Below, one piece after another: positions 1-8,286 of a DNA stretch of 64,000 nt (positions within the stretch are counted from its first letter, which is position 1; each line of letters starts with the position of its first letter). Source of the stretch: an uncultured Chloroflexia bacterium (lineage in GTDB: Bacteria; Chloroflexota; Dehalococcoidia; DSTF01; WHTK01); the NCBI GenBank assembly GCA_963711035.1, contig CAVQCN010000003.1, forward strand, positions 398,290 through 462,289, given 5' to 3'. The translations under genes were made by a program, and so were the position numbers. Below the pieces are notes generated by a model. It ran no database searches, was not told the origin of the DNA, and worked only from the letters and a program-made list of their open reading frames with translations.

Positions 1-1261
1 CTGCGACGTCTGCCTCGTTGGCTACTGCTGGCTCTCGAATTGCCAGGAACAGCCCCGCACCCAACGCGACCATGATCCCCGCCAGGATCACGAACCCCAT
101 GTCGATCGAAACGGCGGCGATAAGCGTGGCGCTGAACGGCCCTACGATGAAGGCGACGGCCTGGGCGCTGGAGGCGATGCCGAAGGCGGTGCCGCGTCGC
201 GACCGCGTCACGTTCATGGCGATCAGCGTGTTCGTTGCCGGGATCATGGCTGAGATCATGATCGTGATCAGGATGAAACCCGCGATGTAGACGGCCGCGT
301 TGAGCGAGAGCGATAGCGCCATGAGCAGCATGCCGCCGCCCGCGATGAGGCAGCTCACGGAGATCGCCTGGCGCAGCCTCCCGGGCACGAATACGCGCAT
401 GGCAATGACGAGGACACCGAAGGCGCTGAAGGCGCCCGCCATCGTGAAGGCGACGCTGGAGATTGCCTTCACGTCGTCGGCGTGCTCGATGGCGCGCAGG
501 GCGATGGGCGTGATCAGGCGCGCCAGCTGGTTCGTGGCGAACAGCATCATGAACAGGAAGATGGCGATGGCGAACTGCATGGTGGGACGGAAGGGCTCGA
601 GTCCGGCGGGTTTGCCGGATGCCTCCACGCGCGCGGTCTCGATGCGGTCGCGCGGCACGAAGGCGTGGATGATGGCGCCGGCGACGAGGGGCAGCATGGC
701 GCCGATCAGGATCGTGCCGCGAAAGCCGAGTATCACGGCCAGTACGCCGCCGACGGCCGGCCCCACCGTCGAGCCGAGGTATTGGGCGCCGGTGACGATG
801 CTGATGCTCTTGTTCAGCTTCACGTCCGGCACGCTGACGCTGACCAACGCTACGGCGGGCGCGATGAAGCCCGAGAAGATGCCTTGCAGCGCCAGCGCAA
901 AGGTGAGCTGCCACGGGTGCGCGATCAGGGCCGCCGCGGTGCCGGTGAGGGCGGCCAGGTACAGCGTGCGCAGGAACATGATCTTGCGCCCCAGCTTGTC
1001 GGCCAGCACGCCCCAGATCGGGCTGGTCGCGAGGCGGCAGATGCCCTGCGCCGACGTGGCAGTGGCGACCCAGAACAGGGCGTTGGCATCGCTGGTGGCG
1101 CCCAGGTCCAGCATGTACAGCGGCATGAAGGGCCACCAGAAGTTGAAGGACGAGCTGCCCAGGAAGACGGCGAGCGCGGTCAGGTAAGTGGTGCGCGTCC
1201 CGGCGCTGTCGGCGAGGCGATCGTCCGAGTCGGCCGGGGGCTCGGCTGGCGCCGCGTTCAT
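1..1261 (-). CDS. MFS transporter (partial, C-terminus beyond window start)
   Basis: Reverse-complement translation from ATG at 1259-1261 gives a highly hydrophobic multi-TM protein with MFS-like motifs (GxLaDrxGrr-like loop). Not in the ORF track because it runs off the window edge. Confidence 0.65.
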   Translation of the reverse strand, partial: MNAAPAEPPADSDDRLADSAGTRTTYLTALAVFLGSSSFNFWWPFMPLYMLDLGATSDANALFWVATATSAQGICRLATSPIWGVLADKLGRKIMFLRTLYLAALTGTAAALIAHPWQLTFALALQGIFSGFIAPAVALVSVSVPDVKLNKSISIVTGAQYLGSTVGPAVGGVLAVILGFRGTILIGAMLPLVAGAIIHAFVPRDRIETARVEASGKPAGLEPFRPTMQFAIAIFLFMMLFATNQLARLITPIALRAIEHADDVKAISSVAFTMAGAFSAFGVLVIAMRVFVPGRLRQAISVSCLIAGGGMLLMALSLSLNAAVYIAGFILITIMISAMIPATNTLIAMNVTRSRRGTAFGIASSAQAVAFIVGPFSATLIAAVSIDMGFVILAGIMVALGAGLFLAIREPAVANEADVA

Positions 1262-1675
1262 GAAGCAGGTGCCTTTCGCATGTCGAGTCCCCGTCTGAGC
1301 AGGGTAGGATGATGCGGCTCATAGTACGGCTCAATTTCCGATAAGGACAGTACGGAATACGACCTATAGACAGGTTTGCGACCTGCTATTCGACGCTCGC
1401 GAGCGCGTTACTCACAAGCGATTACGGCTTTCATAAGCCTCGAGGCTTGTCATAAGGGGTACAATAATAGTGAAGGAAAAAAGAGAAAACCGAAGAGAAA
1501 GAGAGGTCAGGTGATTCCGCCGACTGAAGTCAATCGACATCACCCCGGTTCCAGGCTCCTGACCCGCGTTTCCTGAGCAAAGTGGGGCATCGGTCCCGAG
1601 GGACGGCCCGGACAGCGGTTAGTAACGCTGAGGCGACGGGGATGTGAGCTGCGGCGGAACCGGACAAGACAGTGC

Positions 1676-1717
1676 GAGGAGAGGTCCCACGGATGGGACC
1701 TCTCCTCTTTTTCTTTG
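1676..1717 (+). terminator. Intrinsic terminator: perfect 14-bp stem (GAGGAGAGGTCCCA / TGGGACCTCTCCTC), CGGA loop, followed by TTTTTCTTT
   Basis: Seen directly in the sequence. The U-run is present only in the + orientation. No + strand CDS lies upstream. Confidence 0.7.
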
Positions 1718-1793
1718 CCTCTCCCCTTCGCGGATCGTCGACGGTGGGCGGCCGTCGGACGGTTTCCGTACGCGGTTCGCCGCCACGCAGTGG

Positions 1794-2201
1794 CTAGGCT
1801 TCGAGGCGGTTGGCGAAGTACTTCTGCGGTTCGATGACGATGATCACACGCTCGCCGCCGGAGCGGGTTTGCGCCGGCCGGCTGCCGCCTCCGCCGCCTT
1901 GCCGCCCCGAGGCGAGGCGATCCTGATACGCCTCGGCGGCGCTGCCGCGGACGATGCGCGCCGTGCCGTAGACGGTGACCGCCTTCGGTCCGTCCGTCAC
2001 CAGCAGCGAGACCTGGCCGCGCTTGACCACGTTCTTCGCCTTGGCCGAGTCGTCCGAGGTGCTGATGGCGATGTCGTTGCCGTCGTAGTTGTAGGCGATG
2101 AGCGCCTGCTGCGGCGAGCCGTCTTTGCGCCCCGTCGCCAGCACGCCGAGACGGTGGCTCTTGAGGAACTCGCTTTGAATGTCGCTGGGTTGCGTCGTCA
2201 T
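1794..2201 (-). CDS. PPOX-class / pyridoxamine 5'-phosphate oxidase-family protein, probably F420-dependent (135 aa)
   Basis: C-terminal 135 aa of the 315-aa track ORF. ATG at 2199-2201. Family-typical block ...LATGRKDGSPQQALIAYNYDGNDIAISTS...VTVYGTARIV. The longer N-extension is rejected because it overlaps the paralog. Confidence 0.7.
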   Translation of the reverse strand: MTTQPSDIQSEFLKSHRLGVLATGRKDGSPQQALIAYNYDGNDIAISTSDDSAKAKNVVKRGQVSLLVTDGPKAVTVYGTARIVRGSAAEAYQDRLASGRQGGGGGSRPAQTRSGGERVIIVIEPQKYFANRLEA

Positions 2202-2218
2202 GTCGGCCTCGGTTCCGG

Positions 2219-2626
2219 TCAGAGAGTGGCGGGGTAGAAGCGCTCCGGCGTCAGCACGATCATGACGCGGTCCTCGCGCTTGAGGCGGTCGGCCAGCTCT
2301 GCCTCGGACTCGGGCGGTTGGCGCAGGGCACGCAGGCGCGCCGCATGCAGGCGAAACACCTCGTCCGGGTCGCGCACGACGCGCGCCGTCCCGTAGACGA
2401 CGAGCTGGTCGCCGCCGTCGATCACGGCCATCGAGACGGCGGGACGCGCGCTGATGTTCTTCGTCTTCAGCCGCTGCGCCCGCGTGCTGAAGACGATGTC
2501 GTTGCCGTCGAAGTGGTAGGTGATCAGCGTCTGCTGCGGCGTGCCGCTCCGGTTCGTCGTCGCGACGACGCCGTTGCGATGCGCCTGCAGGTAGCTGGCG
2601 ATGCTGCTGGGAACCTGGTTTGTCAT
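2219..2626 (-). CDS. PPOX-class / pyridoxamine 5'-phosphate oxidase-family protein (tandem paralog)
   Basis: 135 aa, ~45% identical to the downstream paralog (VATTNRSGTPQQTLITYHFDGNDIVFSTR...VVYGTARVV). Confidence 0.7.
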   Translation of the reverse strand: MTNQVPSSIASYLQAHRNGVVATTNRSGTPQQTLITYHFDGNDIVFSTRAQRLKTKNISARPAVSMAVIDGGDQLVVYGTARVVRDPDEVFRLHAARLRALRQPPESEAELADRLKREDRVMIVLTPERFYPATL

Positions 2627-2816
2627 CGTTGTGCTCCTCTAGTCCCCCCGAGTCAGAGACTCGACACAGTGGTTGCTCTAGCTGCTGCGCATCCCTCTCG
2701 GTCTGCTCCACTCCCGGTGGGAAGGAAGGAAAGGGGGACACCCATTCCCCCGCGTATGGCTTCCCCCCGCTACCCGCGGTTTGCCGCGGAACCCCGAACG
2801 TGTCTGACTCGTCATG

Positions 2817-3776
2817 CTAAACGTCGATCAGGACCTTGATCACGTTGTCTTCGCGGCTGGCGAACTGCCGGAAGGCTGCGTCCACGTCGTCGAACTTGTA
2901 GCGGTGCGTGACCATGTACGACAGGTCGATGCCGCCGCGCGCCGCCAGGTCGACGGCCGCCTGCACGGAGGGCACCACGTCGTTGGAGCGGCGGCTGTTG
3001 GTGACGACGATGGTCGGCAGCTTGTTGTACATCGTGAACCAGTCGAAGACGATCGGACCATCGCCGTGCGGCATGCCGAAAACGATGGCAGTGCCCTGCA
3101 GGCGCAGGATGTGAAACAGATCGTTCATGGTCTCGGCGTGGCCGCAGGCGTCGATCGCGACGTCGACCATCTCGCCCTTGGTGAGCTCGGAGACGGCTTC
3201 GACGAGGTCCTGCTTCTGGGGGTTGATGCCCGCCGTCGCTCCCAGGCTCTTCGCCACATCGAGGCGGTGGTCAACCACATCAGTGACGATGACCTCGCTG
3301 GCGCCACTGCGTACGAGCAGGTCGGTGAAGATGAGACCGATTGGGCCCTGGCCCAGCACGGCGACGCGCTTGCCAAGCACGCTGCCGGCGCGCTGCAGGG
3401 CGTAGATCACGGTGCCGACCGGCTGGCACATGACGCCGAGGTCGGGGCCGATGCTGTCCGGAATCGGTATCAGCAGCTCGGGCGGTACGGAGGAGTACTC
3501 GACCAGGCCGCCGGCGTAGGCGAGGGAGATGACGCGCTGGCCCTTCTGGAAGACGCCGTTGTAGCTTTCCTCGACGATGCCGGCGCACTCGTGGCACGGA
3601 TAGCCGGTGCGGCCGGGGTAGTCCTCTTCGGGCAGGACGCGCTCATAGGTCAGCAGGTCGCTGCCGCAGATCGAGAGGTGCTCCATGCGGATCAGCACCT
3701 CGCCCGGCTGGGCCTTGGGCATGTCGATGTCGAGAACTTCTAGCCGCTGGGGGCCTACGATGCGCGCTGCCTTCAT
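2817..3776 (-). CDS. Zn-dependent alcohol dehydrogenase, MDR family (threonine/sorbitol dehydrogenase-like)
   Basis: 319 aa. Has the CHECAG catalytic-zinc region (here CGSD...CHECAGIVEE) and a GxGxxG Rossmann motif (VLGQGPIGL). Confidence 0.8.
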   Translation of the reverse strand: MKAARIVGPQRLEVLDIDMPKAQPGEVLIRMEHLSICGSDLLTYERVLPEEDYPGRTGYPCHECAGIVEESYNGVFQKGQRVISLAYAGGLVEYSSVPPELLIPIPDSIGPDLGVMCQPVGTVIYALQRAGSVLGKRVAVLGQGPIGLIFTDLLVRSGASEVIVTDVVDHRLDVAKSLGATAGINPQKQDLVEAVSELTKGEMVDVAIDACGHAETMNDLFHILRLQGTAIVFGMPHGDGPIVFDWFTMYNKLPTIVVTNSRRSNDVVPSVQAAVDLAARGGIDLSYMVTHRYKFDDVDAAFRQFASREDNVIKVLIDV

Positions 3777-3866
3777 GAGCGTCTTCCTCTCCTCGTGCTG
3801 CTGTCTGCGTACGATGTCGCCCGCATTATAAGAGGCGGGACGGCGCCGTCGATCAGGAGGAGAGGG

Positions 3867-3997
3867 TTTAGCAGGGCGCTGAGAAACAGAGATAACGTCC
3901 TTCGCGAACCTCAGAATGAGCGTGATTCAAATTCCGCTCGTGGTGAGGCTCTCGAACCACAACTTTGATCGAGAACTGGTTTCTCAGCGCCCTGCTA
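3867..3997. repeat. Perfect 19-bp inverted repeat (TAGCAGGGCGCTGAGAAAC ... GTTTCTCAGCGCCCTGCTA) flanking a 91-bp spacer; MITE-like or long stem-loop
   Basis: Seen directly. The second arm abuts the stop codon of the selenoprotein gene. Confidence 0.6.
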
Positions 3998-4000
3998 GCG

Positions 4001-5233
4001 TTACTCGGGCCGCTTGGTGAAGGCGTTGGGGATGATCGCGGGCGGGCGAGCCTGCGGGTCCGTCTGAGCCGCGGCCAAGCGGTCGCGGACGTCGTAGAGC
4101 ACGGCGCCGAGACGCGTCTCGTGGAAGAGCCAGCGGTTCAACGTCGCCGAGTCGGGTGCGTGCTTGCCGGGCTGCATCGAGACGGCCTCGAGGTAGTAGG
4201 TCTTGAGGTCATCCGCGGCGGCGCGCAGGGCGGCCGGCACCGGCAGGCCCATAGCGGCGGGCGGCTCCACGTCGGCGCCCTTCGCGTAACTCGCGACGAA
4301 GCCTGCGAGCTGGTCGATGGCGCCGATCTCCACCTTGCTCAAGCCGAAGAGGGTGCGGTCGTGGACGTGGATGAACTCGTCATACCACGGCTTCAGCTGG
4401 CCGATCTCCGCCATGAGGCCGTCGATGGTGCGCTGGACCTCATCTTCGCTCTCGTCCACGGGCGGCAGCGGCAGCATGCAGGCCCAGTCCTCGTCGGAGT
4501 CGGCGGCGACCGGCGCGTCCTTGGGGAAGTCGTGCAGTACCGGTCCCGACGTCTCTTTCAGGGTGTCGAGCAGGGCGTGCAGCACCTCCATCTGGAACTC
4601 GGGCTCGTTCGGCGGCCCCAGAGGACGGCCCAGCTCGAACGGCACCCAGAGGGCGCGAGGCGGCTTCATCTTCTCCGTCTGCTCGCGGATCAGGCTGATA
4701 CCGGCGGTCGAGACTCCCTGCGCCTCGATGTGGTGGCTGAGCGTACCCACGGTACGCGTGCAGAGCGGTCAGACGGGTGTGAGGAGCACGACGTCGACGC
4801 CGTCCTCCTTCAACAACCTCCCTACTTCGGGGCCGGCTTCCACCAGGCGCGTGTAGTCCGTCGCGCCCATGAATGAGTAGTGCCACCGGGCCAGCGAGCC
4901 GATCTCGCCGCGCTCCAGCAGCGTGCGCAGGTGCGGCAGCGGGAAGACGACGTTGACGTCCTGCTGGAAGCCGGTGCGATCGAAGTTGATGCTGAGGTGG
5001 CTCATGATGAGCTCATCCGGGTCGATGTCGCCGGGGATGATGCGGTAGTCGGAGGCGCCGGGATTGAACCGCGCGTCCGAGCGGCGATGCAGGCCAGCCG
5101 TCGTGACGAGGGCGACGCGCGCCGTCTTGAGATCCGGGGGCGCCGGCGTCCACGGCGCCGAGTCGAACTCGGGCAGTGGCAGGCGGAGATAGCCTTCGGC
5201 GACTTCGGGGGGAAGGGACGAGAGCCTGACCAC
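4001..5233 (-). CDS. GrdB/PrdB-family selenoprotein B-like protein with in-frame UGA (Sec) at 4769-4771; GTG start with AGGAGG SD
   Basis: Track ORFs 4769..5233 and 4001..4750 lie in the same frame, separated only by a TGA and 6 codons. The joined protein reads ...KEDGVDVVLLTPV-U-PLCTRTVGT..., matching the Sec region I recall in GrdB (...AAILTST-U-GTCTRCGATM..., recalled from memory, not checked). Flanking similarity to the GrdB C-terminal half is extensive. Confidence 0.7.
4737..4763 (-). promoter_or_regulatory. Candidate bacterial SECIS hairpin downstream of the UGA
   Basis: mRNA UGA CCG CUC UGC AC-GCGUACC-GUG-GGUACGC: a 7-bp stem begins 11 nt after the UGA with a G/U-containing apical loop, plus a possible 3-bp lower stem. 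Confidence 0.5.
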
Positions 5234-5313
5234 GAGACCTCCTCAGGTGTCTTACTCAGCGACTCTACCACATGAGGCGCTGGGAAAAATACACCGCCAA
5301 CTTCGTTCCTTCC

Positions 5314-6258
5314 TCAAAACCGATCCGGATAGAGGCACTTCGCGAGCGCCTGCAGTGCCTGGACGATGTGCGGGCCGGGCTGGCTCACGAGGTCGGGATC
5401 GATAGTGCAGATGCGGTCGTTTTGCACGGCGTCGATCACGTCCCAGCCGGCGCGCGCCTTCACCGACGCTGCATCCACGCCGGCGTCCTCGTCCGCCAAC
5501 ACGATTACCTGCGGGTTGCGTTGCAGGATGACCTCGGCGGACAGCTGCGGGTACTCCTGGTCCGCGCCGGCGGCGATGTTCTGCGCCTTGAGCAGATGGT
5601 AGAGGTCGCCGATGAAGCTCTGCGGCGCTGCCGTGTAGTAGGTATTGTCGAGCTCGTGGTAGACACGCGGCCCCTGCCCGACGTCCGTGATCTTGCTGGC
5701 AAGGTCCTGGATGCCCTGCAGCATCGACATTTGGAGCTGGCCCGCCTCGTCACTGTGGCCTGTGATCCGGCCGAACAGGCCAATCTGGTCAACGACGCCA
5801 GCGACAGTCGTTGGGAGCGGCAGATACAGGACGGGGATGTCGAGCCGCTTCAACGCGTCGACCAGGCCGGACGGGTCGTACGCCGTGAAGACGAGGTCGG
5901 GCTTGTAACCGGCGATGGCCTCGACGTTGGGCTGGAACGAATCGAGCTCCGGCTTGGCGCTCGAGCCTTCCGGACAGTTGGCGTACGTGTCGACGGCGAT
6001 CAGCTGATCGCCGGCGCCGATCGCGCAGAAGATCTCGGTCGCGGCCGGCGAGAGCGAGACGATGCGCTGCGGCGTGGCGTCGAGCGTGAGCTGCCCGCCG
6101 CCCGGCAGATCGAAGACGGTTGGGGTCGCCGTGGCGGCCGGCGCCGTGGTCGTGGCGACGATGGTGGCGGTTGACGAAGTCGCCGCATGAGAGCCGCTGC
6201 TGCATCCGCCGAGCAGCAGGGCGAACAGAACGGCAAACCCGAAGATGGTGCGTTTCAT
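5314..6258 (-). CDS. ABC transporter substrate-binding lipoprotein, cobalamin/siderophore (BtuF/FecB-like, Peripla_BP_2) family
   Basis: Lipobox LLGGCSS. Sequence family typical of BtuF-like binding proteins. A cobalamin riboswitch sits upstream. Confidence 0.75.
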   Translation of the reverse strand: MKRTIFGFAVLFALLLGGCSSGSHAATSSTATIVATTTAPAATATPTVFDLPGGGQLTLDATPQRIVSLSPAATEIFCAIGAGDQLIAVDTYANCPEGSSAKPELDSFQPNVEAIAGYKPDLVFTAYDPSGLVDALKRLDIPVLYLPLPTTVAGVVDQIGLFGRITGHSDEAGQLQMSMLQGIQDLASKITDVGQGPRVYHELDNTYYTAAPQSFIGDLYHLLKAQNIAAGADQEYPQLSAEVILQRNPQVIVLADEDAGVDAASVKARAGWDVIDAVQNDRICTIDPDLVSQPGPHIVQALQALAKCLYPDRF

Positions 6259-6319
6259 GGGAGCTCCTTTCCTTGCTGGATCAGGAGCCTCATTGGCTCG
6301 ACCGCTGTGAGCCGGGCAA

Positions 6320-6545
6320 TGAAAAACCCCGGCTCGAAGCTGGTGCCGGGGCGACAGTCACCCTCGTAGGGCGAGTCTCGGTCCGGGCCTTGTACCTCGA
6401 AGGCTCCTGACTTGTTGCTAAGGGCTGGCGACCTGGCTCTCCTCCACCCGAGCGGAGGACTACAGTTGCGGGACAGCGCCGGACTTCGACCGGCTTCGCA
6501 TTTACCCTCCCCGACCTTAATCGGGACCAAGGCACCCTTGAGCGT
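6320..6545 (-). ncRNA. Cobalamin (B12) riboswitch with expression-platform intrinsic terminator
   Basis: Minus-strand RNA contains GGUGCC..., AAGCCGGUCGAAGUCCGGCGCUGUCCCGCAACUGUA (core consensus) and a B12-box-like AGCCAGGUCGCCAGCC. A terminator hairpin CCCCGGCaccagcuucgaGCCGGGG+UUUUU lies at 6322-6351, then the SD AGGAG and ATG of the binding-protein gene. Confidence 0.8.
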
Positions 6546-6649
6546 TTCTCTTCAGTTGTGAAGGTTGCTGGCCGGATGATAGGCGGCAGGCCGATCTTCG
6601 TCAATGGCCGGTCGATGCGCTACTCTCGGGGGAGCGAAACGGAGGAAGC

Positions 6650-7726
6650 ATGCAAGCCGAGCTGCCCGAAAAGCTGAACGTCCTGGTCATCATGCCCGGC
6701 GGCGAAACCACCATGGAGCGCATCCGCGCCGTGGCGCCGGACCGCCTCAACGTCGTCTCACTCTGGAACGAGCTCATCCCGGAGATCGAGCCCGACTGGC
6801 CGGAGCGCATGATGCGCCGCAACGTGGGCCAGGCGCGCCCGCCGAAGTTCACGGCCGAAGAGACCGAAGCGCTGCTCCGCGATGCGCACATCGCCCTGAT
6901 GGGCGTGCCGTTTCCCTATCACCTGGTGCACCGCGCGCCCAGCCTGATCTGGGCCCACTTCACCTTCGCGGGCATCAGCAACGTCAAGCCCAGCGACTGG
7001 TGGGGCTCGTCCGTGGTGACGACCAGCTCACGGGGCCATACGGGCGCTCGGCCCATCGCCGAGACGGCCGTCGCCGGCGCCATGATGCTGGCCAAGCGCC
7101 TCGACCTGGCGGCGCGCAATAGCACGCCGGACTTCGACCCGAATCTCGTGCCGGACATGCTGATCATCGAGGGCAAGACGATGGGCATCGTCGGCCTGGG
7201 AGGCATCGGCGGGCAGGTCGCGAAGATGTCGAAGGGCCTCGGCATGCGCGTGCTGGCGACGCGCCATTCGGCCACGACGCGCCAGAAGGACGTTGACGGC
7301 GTCGACGAGCTATTCCCCGTCTCCGAGACGAAGGAGATGCTCGCCGAGTGCGATTTCCTGGCCGTCTGCGCCATCTGGACGCCCGAGACGGAGAACATGT
7401 TCAACCGCGAGACCTTCGCGGCGATGAAGCCGGGTGCTTTCCTCCTCAACGTTGCGCGCGGCGAGCTCGTGGACGACGAGGCGCTGGTCGAGTCGCTGCG
7501 CTCAGGCCATCTCGGCGGCGCCTACCTCGACGTCTGGCCCGATGACTTCTCGCGGCCGCCGCACCCCGAGCTGCTGGCGATGGACAACGTCGTCTTCACG
7601 CCCCACATCTCGGGCCGCGGCGAGGTCTCGCACAACTTCGGCTTCGAGCTTTTCCTCGACAACCTCGGCAAGCTGCTGCACGGCGAGCCGTTGATCAACG
7701 TCGTGGACTGGGACCGCAACTACTAG
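6650..7726 (+). CDS. D-isomer-specific 2-hydroxyacid dehydrogenase family protein (NAD-binding)
   Basis: 358 aa. GxGxIGxxVA motif (GIVGLGGIGGQVA), catalytic RGE...H region, family-typical C-terminus. Confidence 0.8.
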   Translation: MQAELPEKLNVLVIMPGGETTMERIRAVAPDRLNVVSLWNELIPEIEPDWPERMMRRNVGQARPPKFTAEETEALLRDAHIALMGVPFPYHLVHRAPSLIWAHFTFAGISNVKPSDWWGSSVVTTSSRGHTGARPIAETAVAGAMMLAKRLDLAARNSTPDFDPNLVPDMLIIEGKTMGIVGLGGIGGQVAKMSKGLGMRVLATRHSATTRQKDVDGVDELFPVSETKEMLAECDFLAVCAIWTPETENMFNRETFAAMKPGAFLLNVARGELVDDEALVESLRSGHLGGAYLDVWPDDFSRPPHPELLAMDNVVFTPHISGRGEVSHNFGFELFLDNLGKLLHGEPLINVVDWDRNY

Positions 7727-7770
7727 GCTCGTTTCGGGCAATCGGGCAAGGCATGCCGTCGCCCCAATGC

Positions 7771-7806
7771 CGTCATTCTGAGCGGAGCGAAGAATCTCCC
7801 CGGACA
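7771..7806 (+). repeat. Copy A of ~38-nt interspersed hairpin repeat (CGTCATTCTGAGCGGAGCGAAGAATCTCCCCGGAC)
   Basis: Near-identical copies at 14000-14037 (-), 17288-17326 (+) and 17373-17410 (+), and a degenerate copy at 41063-41100 (-). Confidence 0.8.
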
Positions 7807-7941
7807 GCACAACGTGTGTGGGACTACGGTCCGACCGGGATTGGTTCGTCGCTCCGCTCCTCGCAATGACGATGCCGCCGCCCTTTTGCCCCGGTGCCCC
7901 GTCGCGTATGCTCCAGAAAACGACAGAAGGACCCACCCCGA

Positions 7942-8204
7942 TGGCTGCCTACCTCGCCCGCGTCTACGTCTCCCTCAAGCCGACGGTCAACGATCCCCAG
8001 GGCCTGACCATCGCCGACGGCTTGCGCTCGCTGGGCTTTCGTGAGGTGGAGGGCGTGCGCGCTGGCAAGTACATCGAGATTCGGCTCAACGCCGCAAGCT
8101 TCGAAGCCGCGCGCCTCCAGGTCGACGCGATGTGCGACCGGATGCTGGCAAACCCAATCATCGAGTCCTACCGCTTCGAGATCGAGGAGATGGTCTCGGC
8201 CTGA
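7942..8204 (+). CDS. purS: Phosphoribosylformylglycinamidine synthase subunit PurS
   Basis: 87 aa from the internal ATG (MAAYLARVYVSLKPTVNDPQG...); classic PurS length and sequence. The track ORF is extended upstream. Confidence 0.8.
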
Positions 8205-8286
8205 GGGGATTGCATCTCACGCACTCCCGCGCGGTAGGCATGTGCCAGAAGAGAACCTCCGCGGGAAACCGTCCGACAGAGGTCCG

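Noticed and set aside
300-1312. Long + strand ORFs 300..1187 and 482..1312 (Ala/Arg/Gly-rich)
   Set aside because: Antisense to the MFS transporter gene; composition typical of spurious high-GC shadow ORFs.
1300-1717. Tested the non-coding region for SRP RNA, tmRNA, RNase P and 6S RNA signatures
   Set aside because: No GGAAGCAGC (SRP), no tag-peptide/ACCA end (tmRNA), no AGUCCGG (RNase P). Kept only as an unclassified sRNA candidate.
1794-2741. 315-aa track ORF spanning both PPOX genes
   Set aside because: Its N-terminal 180 aa is low-complexity Arg/Ala/Pro and overlaps the upstream paralog in another frame. The real gene is the C-terminal 135 aa from ATG 2199-2201.
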